This document shows, piece after piece, positions 36,462 through 47,167 of a stretch of 64,000 nucleotides of DNA. A program made the translations under genes and the position numbers. Origin of the DNA: Heteronotia binoei (taxonomy: Eukaryota); the NCBI RefSeq assembly GCF_032191835.1, contig NC_083234.1:57474001-57538000 (forward strand), in the 5' to 3' direction. The notes beneath the pieces are model-generated. The model saw nothing but the letters and a program-made list of their open reading frames with translations, had not been told where the DNA came from and ran no database searches. Within the stretch, counting starts at the first letter, position 1. Each line of letters opens with the position of its first letter.

Positions 36462-38110
36462 GTTGTCTTCGTGTTTTTTTCACAGCACCTGAAAAGTCTT
36501 TGTGTATTTCTTCAGCAGCTGAAAACCCTGTAAAGAAGAAAGCCAAATATCAGCTGTAGCACCAAGAAGAAAAAGACCACATACCAGGACAGCTGCACAG
36601 GATAGCCAAGTACTACCACCAACCTACAAAATTGTAGTAATCTTGGAGTCCCACTAATCTAGGTAAAGGTTAAGAGAGGTGCATATGCAAGAACAAGACC
36701 AACCAGAGTCACATGGCACCAACAAGAAAATGGAAAGCAAGTCTTTTTGGAGTAAGCATTTTTAACTGCTAGTCAAGACAGGGGAGCCAGAAGGGAGCAC
36801 CCTATCAGCTCCCCCCATACCACTTCCAGAACTAGGTAATCTATAGTTCACAGAAACAGTAGCAAACTTTAAGGGGAAATGTAAGTAACTTCTCAGAGTC
36901 CACTAGCTTGAGTTCCAAGACATCCCACCACCAATGAATGCTCTGTTCTCTAGAAACTACTGGTCAGCATAAGCACAGGCCCAACTTTTTCTAACTTCTA
37001 CCCAGTCCTTGGTTTAAAAGCCTGTTTAATGAAGGCTGGATCTACAAAAGCAAGACTTGCATAACTAAACATACCACATAAAATGCCAAATATCAAGAAT
37101 CCCAGCAGTACAGAACCAGCCTACTGCGGAATCCTGTTCCTTCCATTTCATTTTTGGAATAAATAATTCATGCTGATTCTACACCCAACTTTAACAACAA
37201 AAATTAACATGCTGTAACAAAAGCACAACTGGGGTAGGTGGGGAGACAAAATGAAACCTTAAAGTCATTTCTCAAAACTAGAGAAGAAGGCAACAATCTA
37301 AGATTAAACCATGAAACACTTGGAATGTGGTAATATAGTATAAGCAACATAGGACAACGACACATTTTAACAGGAAGACCATACTCAACCCCAATGGAGA
37401 AGAGGAGAAAATACAAATACAAACTACTCCTGTAGCTAATTGCTTCGCAAAGCTGCTGAATATTAATGTTCCTCTAACCAACTCCTTACAACAGAAGCAT
37501 TAAAAAGGGAACGAGAGCCAAAAGCGCAAAAAATCCACCCAAGGCACTGTCCATCATAGAAACGAACATTGCCAGAAGCAACAAAAACAAGGGGGGGGGG
37601 TTAAATTCCGACATAATTTTAAACCAAAGAATGAGTGTTCAGCATAAATTATTACTGCAGTTTAACTACTTATATAATTTTAATTTTCCGGTGTTGGGGG
37701 GGGGGGGAATGAAACGTTAAGACAAAGAACACAGAAAGGGGGGGGGGGATTGTGAACCCAGCTCAGAATCGCGTAAGCGGCTACAAATCTCCCCCAACAC
37801 GAACCAGGGGAAAGGAAAAGTTTTAAAACCATGTTCTCTACCCTCGTGCCATTTACTTAAATATATGACCGTTGCTCTCCCTCTAAAATCCCCCAATCTA
37901 TTTCCTCCAAGGATCTCTGGAACATAATACATGGGGCGGTGGGGAGAAGGCACACTGAAGGTACCAACTGAATGGGGGGGGGGGGGCAGCTATGATCCCC
38001 TTGGATGCTGCGACTCCAAAAGCCGCTCTACAAGAGCTATTCAACCGCCCACACACATGGACCCAGAACAGAGCGCGCACCCCCACCCCCGAAAATGGAT
38101 GCAGCCTTAC

Positions 38111-38215
38111 CTTCTTAGGCCCGTAATCCCAATTCACAAAACTGGCTCCCTTCCAGCACACGAGTTAACAGTCAGTCCTTTCCCCAACTCCCCTAGCTTT
38201 TCAATCGTTTCAATC
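38111..38215 (-). other. HSPA5: Non-coding first exon of HSPA5 (TSS approximate)
   Basis: Lies ~30 nt downstream of the TATA box at 38242-38250, ends at donor AAG|GTAAGG, and contains no ATG. Confidence 0.75.
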
Positions 38216-38241
38216 GAAGATGCAGGCCCACCCGTGCTCCA

Positions 38242-38540
38242 CTTTATATACCTTTTCTCAGCCTTGCGTGGACTCCTTCTATTGGTCACTTTTTCTTCGC
38301 TGGAGCCTCCTTATTGGCCACTTCCCACCATGCTGTCCGATACCTATTGGACCACTGCAGCTGTGACGTACCCCGTCGCGCGCCGCGCCGTCGCCCTCCT
38401 CTTTCCTTTCCCCCACCCAGTAATGGCCTAAGCCGCCGAGAGTCTCATTGGACCGCCTTGGCCAGTAGCGCGAACCAATCAGAGGACGCGGCAATGGCCA
38501 AGCGGAGGAAGCCCATTGGCCGCGGTGGGGACGTCATGTT
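38242..38540 (-). promoter_or_regulatory. HSPA5: HSPA5 promoter: TATA box, ERSE array, CRE/ATF-like sites
   Basis: TATATAAAG at 38242-38250. Perfect ERSE CCAAT-N9-CCACG at 38267-38285. CCAAT-N9-CCAGC at 38299-38317. CCAAT-N9-ACAGC at 38332-38350. TGACGT at 38364-38369 and GACGTCA at 38530-38536. Additional CCAAT boxes present. Confidence 0.9.
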
Positions 38541-39184
38541 TAAAAAATAAATGCTAGAGAGGGCTGGCCCTTTCTGGAAGTTTCTATGGTTACTGGGCCC
38601 TTAGCAACTGCCGGGGTCTATAAGAAGAAGGGGTTGCTGCTAAGGGCCCTTGATGCTCCCATAAAGACAAACGGAGGGCTGCTTCACACATTGCACCCTT
38701 TAACGTGCAGCTGCCCAGAAAAGCAACATTGGGTATGGAACTCTTAAAGCATATCTAAATATTAGCCTACTATACGTTATGTTATTTTCATACCACTCTT
38801 CCATTTAAACTGTTGCTAGTTTTGGTTAATGTCACAAAATTTACAACAACAACAAACCAACACATAATATGCAACAGTAAAAGCCATAATAACTGTCTAC
38901 CCCTTAACTAACCATCACAACTCAAACAAAATAAAAACTCCTTTTTAAATTAACACCCCTCATGGCTATCTCTCCATGGATTTCACCTGCTATTTCTTAC
39001 AGGGAAGTGATTTGATGTACAAAACCACAGAGCCAATGCAAACTTTGCTGGTTGTGTGAATTGTCTCCTAAAATGAGTAGTGTTACAGCCCTTAAAGTGG
39101 AGGGGACACCCCAATGGCCATTTCCTTGATCAGAAAAATCTAAGCTGCTTTTCTAATTGAAGTAGCTGCCCCAATTAATGCTGG

Positions 39185-39320
39185 ATTCCTCATCTGATGA
39201 AGTGTGCTTAAGAGCACACGAAAACTTACATTCTAAATAAAAATTGGTTGGTCTTAAAGGTGCTACTTGACTCCTGCTTTGTTCAGCTGCTTCAGACCAA
39301 CACAGCTGCCCGCTTGGATT
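39185..39320 (+). mobile_element. Short PLE-type terminal repeat with hammerhead-like core
   Basis: CTGATGA-A-GTGTGCT-taag-AGCACAC-GAAA-ACTT, then an AATAAA...GGTCTTAAAGGTGCTAC tail. Related copies at ~47219-47305 (+), ~57205-57310 (-) and a tail only at ~53290-53360 (-). Confidence 0.6.
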
Positions 39321-39728
39321 TATCTGCCCCAAATAAGACATTAATTTATAAACAGAAACATGAACAAAACATTTTAAACATTTAAACATGAGTATCTGCT
39401 TGCATGGCATAACATGTTAATTCAGATCTAAGAATTGACATCTTGATGACTGTAATTACAAACAAAATAATCTTTAAAAGTCACTTCTAGTGCCTTTGTC
39501 ACCAACACCATTCCTTTGGTAGGGTGATGAGGTGCTCTTGCACACTCAGGATATCTTGGTGTACATGAGATCACACCCTCTTATGGTAGATTAATTAGGC
39601 AACGAAAAAAGATACAGCACATAGATAAAAACAGTGATTTTGCATTAATATTTTATGACACTCCATATCGCTGCTTAAAACAAACAGATTGAACACTGGC
39701 AGATTAATCAGTCTTGAGTAATTGTTAC

Positions 39729-39944
39729 CAGTGTTCCCTCTAAGCTGAGTTAGCGTGAGCTAGCTCACAGATTTTTAGCCTCCAGCTCACATATTTTTGT
39801 CTTAGCTCAGGAAGGATGACCCCAGAACACACTAATTTATGCAGTAGCTCTCAACTGTAAAGCCAGTAACTCACAACTTTAATACCAGCAGCTCACAAAG
39901 TAGAATTTTTGTTCACAAGACTCTGCAGCTTAGAGGGAACACTG
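39729..39944. mobile_element. hAT-type MITE (CAGTGTTCCCTCTAAG family)
   Basis: Perfect TIRs CAGTGTTCCCTCTAAG / CTTAGAGGGAACACTG; TSD ATTGTTAC. Confidence 0.92.
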
Positions 39945-39952
39945 ATTGTTAC

Positions 39953-40132
39953 CAGGGCTTTTTTTTTTTTGTAGCAGGAACTCCTTTGCATATTGCACCT
40001 TTGCACACAACACCTTAGCTGATTCTCCTGGATTTTACAATAGGCCCTGCATTAAGAGCCTTGTAAACTCATGGAGGATTGGCAACATCAGGGGTGTGTG
40101 GCAAAGGAGTTTCTGCTACAAAAAAAGCCCTG
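39953..40132. mobile_element. hAT-type MITE (CAGGGCTTTTT family)
   Basis: TIRs CAGGGCTTTTTTT / AAAAAAAGCCCTG, flanked by ATTGTTAC on both sides. Confidence 0.92.
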
Positions 40133-41979
40133 ATTGTTACTAAAGTTGCCAACCTCTCAGTGAAGCCTGGAGGCCTCCTGAAATTATGACTAATGGCTAG
40201 ACTATAGAGATTAGTCCCCAGGAGCAAGTGGCAGCTTTGTAGGGCAGACTGTGGCAGCACATACCCACTGAGTTTCCTGCCCTCACCAAACAGTATTCTC
40301 AGATCTCTAGGAATTTCTAAAACTGGAGCTGCCAATCTTAATTGGCACTCTATGGTTCCATGTTTGTATTAGAATAGTAACCCCCCTCCAGTTTTGACAT
40401 GTACACAAAAATACACTTCATACTCTCCATTAATTGAACATAAATTCCAGTGGTGGTTCCGGTCCTGTTAAAGATTCTGAGAGGCCAAGGAACTGAATGT
40501 TCCTTTTAATCTTTCCTCACCTTCTTCCTCTCTACATCCTTTGTCTATGTCATTGTTTTTCACAGCACAAAAAAAACCTAGTTGTGCAACAATATTTTTC
40601 AAAACCTGTACTTCAACACCATAGGTTAGTACATCAGTGTGTGTTACAAATTCTATTCTAAAATTTCTAAAACAAACCAAAAAAACTGAAAGGCACTCCT
40701 GAAAATCAGAACTTCTCTTTGAATGTTGGCTTTTGGACCCTAGGTTAGTAGGGTTCTGAAACAAATGTTCACAACATCACCTAACATGAATTTGAACTGA
40801 GCCATTAATGGGGAAAGATGGGGACAGGGATGGAGCTCTCAACCAGGAAGAGGAAAGGAGCAAATGGTCTCCATAGTGATTCAAATAGCAGAACAAAAAG
40901 GACATTCAAGCATTACCTTCCAATGAAGTAAATGGCCCAGAAAATGGAGTATACTCAATGTACATGTAGTCCTATGGTTAGATGTTTACTGATCACAGAG
41001 CATGCCTTGGAAAGAAAAGGATCTTTATTTATTCAGACATTTCTACTCCTACTTTTCTCCCAGATGGGGACCCAAGCATAAGAACATTCTCCCCTCATAC
41101 ATTTCATCCTTACAACCACCACCCTGTGGGGTACACTAGGCTAAAAAGTGACTGGCCCAAAGTCACTCAAAGAACCTCCATGCCGGTGTGGAGTCATACT
41201 AGGGAAGCCAGCTTCCAGATGGGACTGGGGGATCTCCCAGAATTACAGCTCATCTCCAAATGACAGAGAACATTTTCCCTGCAGAAAATGTATGCTGTGG
41301 AAGGCAGACTCTGTGGTATCGTACCTCACTGAGGTCTCTGTTCTCCCCAGGCTCCACCCCCAAATCTCCAGGAATTTCCCTACCTGGAGCTGGCAACCCT
41401 ACCCCCACCTGCTGTCAGTGGCCAGGGGAACTTGGCAAACCTAATTTGTACCTGGGTCTCCTACATTCTAGTCCAACAGTCTAGCTGCTACACCAACTGC
41501 TCTCATTTCAAACACTGACACACACACAGAGTACAGCAATGTTGAAAGGACCCCCTACATGTGGGAAGTCATCCTTTTCCCATTAAAAAGGGGGGGGGGA
41601 CGATTATGGTTGCATACTCACATATGGCAAAAGATTAAAAAGCTCACTTTGCCACAATCATCTATTCATCCTTTCAGAGAACATTAAAGTTAAAGCATAT
41701 CAAGGAACAGGGGTCACTTTGTAGAAAAACAGGAGGCGGAGCTCATCCAGGGATTGTTATGCAACGGCATCTACTATTCAATGGACAAGGAGGTGGAACT
41801 CTTAGAAGGAGGAGGAGGAACTCTCAGAAAGGTTCAGGAGCTGTACTCCTGTGAGCTCGCACTGACTCTGAGGCCTGTCAAGGAATAACTCATACACATT
41901 AAAATTATCCTATGTACTATTTAACTGCATGTTGAGCACCAAACTTTGGTTAAGCTACTAATTCTGAGATTTTTGACCA

Positions 41980-42986
41980 TACAGCACACAACACGGAAGG
42001 GAATCTGGACCAGGCATTACAGGCCATGGCAACTTGGCTTAGGCTGAGTGGGTTGAAGTTGAACCCGACGAAGACAGAGGTCCTTTGCGTGGGCCACGGT
42101 GCTCTGGGGAGGGAAATACCTCTCCCGGTTTTTGACGGCGTGCCGCTGAAAGCGGCGCACCAAGTCAAGAGCTTGGGAGTTCTGCTGGAGCCTTCATTAT
42201 CAATGGAGGCCCAGATAGCAGCCACTGACAAGTTGGCATTTTTTCATCTGAAGCGGGCAAGGCAGTTGGCCCCTTTCCTGGAGCGTCGGGACCTTGCAAC
42301 AGTGATTCATGCGACGGTCACCTCAAGATTGGATTACTGCAATGCCCTCTACATGGGGCTGCCTCTGTGCCAAACCCGGAAGCTGCAACTGGTGCAGAAC
42401 GCGGCGGCTAGGCTGTTATTAGGGCTCCCGAAGTGGGAGCACGTACAGCCGGGGCTGCGCGGACTGCACTGGCTGCCAGTTACATACCAGGTTTGTTACA
42501 AAGTGCTGGTTATTACCTTTAAAGCCCTATATGGTCGAGGACCTGCCTACCTGAGGGACCGTCTTTCCCCATACGAGCCCCAGAGAGCACTGAGGTCAGC
42601 GGGGAAGAACAAGCTGGCTATCCCCGGGCCAAAGGAGGCAAAACTGCAGAACACCCGCACACGGGCCTTCTCCATTGTAGCTCCACACCTTTGGAACCAG
42701 CTCCTGGAAGAGGTGTGGGCCCTGTGGAGCCTTGACCAATTCCGCAGGGCCTGCAAGACCATCCTTTTCAGGATGGCCTTTGCGGATTGCTGATTGAATG
42801 ATTGATGGATTCGCCTCAGTGACTTTCGCCATCATGCCAACTGACAGAATAGCACCAGAAATGTTTACTGTTAATTTATTGTCAATTTTAAACTAGAATG
42901 GCTTTAAGACTAATGTTGATTTTAAAAGTTTGTATAATTATTGTATGGACATGTTGTTAGCCGCCCTGAGCCTGCCTAGGCGGGGA
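41980..42986 (+). mobile_element. L2-clade LINE, 5'-truncated, with open RT C-terminal ORF (42026-42793)
   Basis: 255-aa ORF with LKLNPTKTE, VKSLGV, TSRLDYCN, KLQLVQNAAARLL and LHWLPV motifs. 3'UTR ends GTTAGCCGCCCTGAGCCTGCC at the assembly gap. Confidence 0.92.
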
Positions 42987-43133
42987 NNNNNNNNNNNNNN
43001 NNNNNNNNNNNNNNNNNNNNNNNNNNNNNNNNNNNNNNNNNNNNNNNNNNNNNNNNNNNNNNNNNNNNNNNNNNNNNNNNNNNNNNNNNNNNNNNNNNNN
43101 NNNNNNNNNNNNNNNNNNNNNNNNNNNNNNNNN
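42987..43133. other. Assembly gap (147 N)
   Basis: Run of N characters. Confidence 1.
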
Positions 43134-44105
43134 TCTAAAGACAGCAAGAGGATAACATACCTCTTAACATATTTGCTAGCATGAACCACATTTTTGTACA
43201 CAGAGTTCATGAGATAGGTCTAAAGGTCTCACAGAACCTCCCCAAAGAGAGGTGAATGGACGAGCTCACCCAATTGCAGAGGGCTTCTAGCAGAATCACT
43301 GAGTCACAGTTCCTCAATATTGCAACACATTTTCTGACATAGAACACCACAGAGTTATATCAGACAAAGGATGGGTAGCAGTTCCAGAGTTATTATAGAA
43401 TAAATTCCCTTAACTGGTTTATCTGCCTTCAAGGAATATCTGCACTGCCTGTGTAATCAACCATCCAAATGATCAGCTGTAGCAAAGCATGTTCAAAGAT
43501 GCTAAATTTCATTTAATGAAATACACAGCCCACCATGCAAGCAACTGTTGGCAATTATCCATGAGACAGAAGTGTAGTTTATGCTGCTTTTGGAAAGGAC
43601 ACTCTAGGGCACATCTATCCTACAAACTGGTTTAATAGTTATTCTCTCTTCCCAGGGGACCCTGGGAATTATAGTTCTGATGCAGAAAAGGCTACAGATC
43701 TCTAATAGAGATTCTTATTACGTTAATCAAACTACAATTCCCAAGATTCTTTGGGGGAAGCCAAAACCAACACTAATTTACAGGACAAATATTCCCTCCT
43801 CAGTCTACTGAACTATTTCTACCCAGAAGTAGCAGCCCTGTACACCAGTGCAATTTGCATTGACTCCTTCAAGCAGCCCAGGGGAAATATCAGGAAAGCA
43901 CATCTATTTGTTTCAGAAATAATGGAACATCCAACTAACACTGAGCAAGTACAAACGGTATGGTAGCAGCAGCACACCCAGCAGTAATTTTGTCTGCAAA
44001 ATGCTTGGCCAACAAAGAATCAAACTGGCTTTTCATAACATGCTGTTCTACACAAAATATGCACTTAACTCTAAGCTAGATATGTACACTTCTAATTCAC
44101 ATCTT

Positions 44106-44409
44106 AAGAGCCCCGTGGCGCAGAGTGATAAAGCTGCAATAATGGAGTCGGAGCCCTCTGCTCATGACCTGAGTTTTATCCCAGCAAAAGCTGGTTCAGG
44201 TAGCCGGCTCAAGGTTGACTCAGCCTTCCATCCTTCTGAGGTCGGTAAAATGAGTACCCAGCTTGCTGGGGGAAAGTGTAGATGACTGGGGAAGGCAATG
44301 GCCAACCACCCCGTAAAAAGTCTGCCGTGAAAATGTTGTGAAAGCAAAGTCACCCCAGAGTCGAAAATGACTGGTGCTTTCACAGGGGACCTTTCCTTTA
44401 CCTTTTTAA
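44106..44409 (+). mobile_element. Full-length Sauria SINE with 12-bp TSD
   Basis: GAGCCCCGTGGCGCAGAGTG head, AGGTTGACTCAGCCTTCCATCCTTC core and ACCTTT tail. TSD AATTCACATCTT at 44094-44105 and 44410-44421. Confidence 0.92.
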
Positions 44410-45190
44410 AATTCACATCTTGTTCAATTTTGAGTCAGTAGTCAAATTAACAAAGAGATTCAAATGTTTGTGTGTGTTTTTTAATTTGAGCGTGTTTCAA
44501 CACATGTCAGTTTTTGTTCTCAGGCTACTGCATATCTTCAGTATGTCTTAGGCTTGTGGTTCTTCCAGCCTTATCTTCAGAAGGATCAAGTTCAGCTTCT
44601 GAAAACTGCCTGTTTGAAAATTCCACCAAAGACATCATGGAGATACAGCTACTCCTTACCTATTGGCCAGTCAACCACTCAGTGAAGTTGTTTATGAATC
44701 CAGTAGATTGGTCCAGGATCTCCCAATTACAGGAGCAGTACAAGGTTGACCAAGAGAGATTCTAAGCATCTCAGGTGTATGCTCCACCTATCTAATGACT
44801 TCAGATGAACACCAGTAGTGCTGAATAGGTTCTTTACATTTGTTCTGTGCATCTTGGCTGTGAGAATATGAACTACTTTGGTGTTCACCATGCAGTCGTG
44901 TTGTGTTCAGACTAGGTAAGCATATGCAGCAAGTCTCTGAGAGGCATCCCATGGACTTCCTATACACTCTTCAGGTCCATGAGCTCACCACACTAAAGAC
45001 CTATATTTTCCAGATCTATATCACAGCAAACTGTGTTATGCATAGGTTTAAGATGAACACCTGCCTTCAGTAGATCACACATAAGAACTTTTATGCTTGC
45101 AATGTTCAGATCCTGTAAAATTTACTGGAGCCAATCAGAAGCAGCATTAGAGGCTATCAAACATTCCATATTATCTCAGTGTCTCTTATG

Positions 45191-45387
45191 CAGGGCTTTT
45201 TAAAAGTACGAATACACAGGAACGCAGTTCCAACTGGCTTGGTGTCTGAGGGTGTGGCCTAATATGCATATATTCCTGTTGGGCTTTTTCTACAAAAAAG
45301 CCCTGTGTGAAACAACAGTTATGTCAGGGGTGTGTCTTAATATGTAAATGAACCCCCTGCTGGGCTTTTTCTGCAAAAAAAGCCCTA
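45191..45387. mobile_element. hAT-type MITE (CAGGGCTTTTT family)
   Basis: Ends CAGGGCTTTT / AAAAGCCCTA; TSD CTCTTATG vs CTCTTACG. Confidence 0.85.
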
Positions 45388-45875
45388 CTCTTACGTATAT
45401 GTGACACCAATGTTTCCTTAATTCTTAGCTAAATTATGCTTCCACATAGTTTTTTCCCGCTCTTTTTCTCTCTCTCATCCACCGATCAACACAGCAACTC
45501 ACTCGGGGCCCAATAATGTTACAAAGAACTTATGTCCTTAAAAAGGGTTGACAGGTTCCAAAGTCTCCTGGAATTCAAATGAATATCCCAATTTCAGAAA
45601 TGGCAGCTTTGAAGGGTGAACTCTGTGACATTATACCCTGCTGAGGTCTTCTTCACCCCAAATCCCACCATCCTCAGACTACACTCTCAAATCTCCTGAA
45701 ACTGGCAACTCTATGTCCCCATGAGTCTGTCTTGGTCCTGTGAACAGACGTGATCAGATCGGCCCAGCAAGGTAAGTTGTGTTTGTCCAGGGTAATTTAG
45801 GTCAGGAAAATGGTATGGGAGGGAAGCTATAAACTTCTTCTGCCTGTATGCTTTAGTCCCTATCAGTATTAAGCC

Positions 45876-46152
45876 CAGGGCTTTTTTTTGTAGAAAAAGC
45901 CCAGCAGGAATTCATTTGCATATTAAGCCACACCCTGACATCACCATTGTTTCACACGGCTTTTTTTGTAGAAAAAGCCCAACAAGAACTCATTTGCATA
46001 TTAGGCCACATCCCGTAACATCACCATTGTTTCATACAGGGCTTTTTGTAGAAAAAGCCCAGCAGGAACTCATTTGCATATTAGGCCACAACTCCTGATG
46101 CCAAGCCAGCCAGAACTGTGTTCCTGTGCGTTCCTGTTCAAAAAAAGCCCTG
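45876..46152. mobile_element. hAT-type MITE (CAGGGCTTTTT family) with internal tandem repeats
   Basis: TIRs intact; TSD ATTAAGCC vs ATTAGGCC; three internal units each containing ATTTGCAT. Confidence 0.88.
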
Positions 46153-46854
46153 ATTAGGCCTATGCATAACTGGAAATTAAGCATGATGTACCCGACCTCA
46201 TCTGAGGCCTAAACTGCACATTACATGTAATGCAATCACTGTGGGGGCTGGTGGAAGGACACCAGCTCCACAGTCCCATCTGAACAGGTCATAACAGAGT
46301 TCCCACTAGGGTTGCCAGCTTCCAGGTAGGGCCTTGAGATCTCCTGTTTTTGCAACTGATCTCTACCTGGCAGTGGTCAGCTCCCCTGAAGACAATGGCT
46401 GCTTTGAAGGGTGGACTGTATGGCACTATACCATGCTCATTGGACCTGTTGGACCTCAAGCATCAATGCAGGAAAAGTAAGCTATATAGTTAGGCCTTCC
46501 AGTAGTCACAATTTGTTACTTAAAGCTACCAGAGAGATCCTTTTATGAAAGAAGGATCTGTCTGCATTCAGTTCAAAAGGTTTTTAGCTGCCTGCCTTTA
46601 CTTTCCCAGTCCAGTTTCTTGTGGTTTAACAGAAGTAGGGAGAATCAAGTTAAAGCTAGTGACTCCCAGTGAGAAAAATGCTCCTCATTATTAAGGTGCT
46701 ACCTCTGTCTCATCAGTCTCAACAAAGTCCCAATATTGAGAATTTTCTCCCATTTTTTCAGCGCAGGATGCTGCTTCTAGATGTCATGGAGTGCACCTCT
46801 AAGCAAGAAAGGATCTCTCTGCCTTCATACAAAAGGTTTTTAGCTGTCTGCCTT

Positions 46855-47167
46855 GACACAGAGAGTGATTAAAATGTGGAATTCACTGCCAGAGGATATT
46901 GTGATGATCACAGGAATAAACAGCTTTAAAGGGATGGCTACATGGAGGACAGGGTCTATCAGTGGCTATTAGTCATAGTGACTGAGGGGAACTTCCACAT
47001 TCAGAGGCACTAAACGTCTGAACCCCAGAGCCAGGAGCCAACATCAGGGGAAGGCCTCAGCTGTTGTGCCCTATTGTTGGTCCTCCAGAGGAACTGGCTG
47101 GCCACTGTGTAAGACAGCATGCTGGACTAGCTGGACTGATCCAACAGGGCTCTTCTTATGTTCTTAA
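46855..47167 (+). mobile_element. CR1 3' end (second subfamily)
   Basis: AAAATGTGGAATTCACTGCCAGAGGAT...GATCCAACAGGGCTCTTCTTATGTTCTTA tail. Related fragments at ~12420-12497 and ~59320-59650. Confidence 0.7.
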
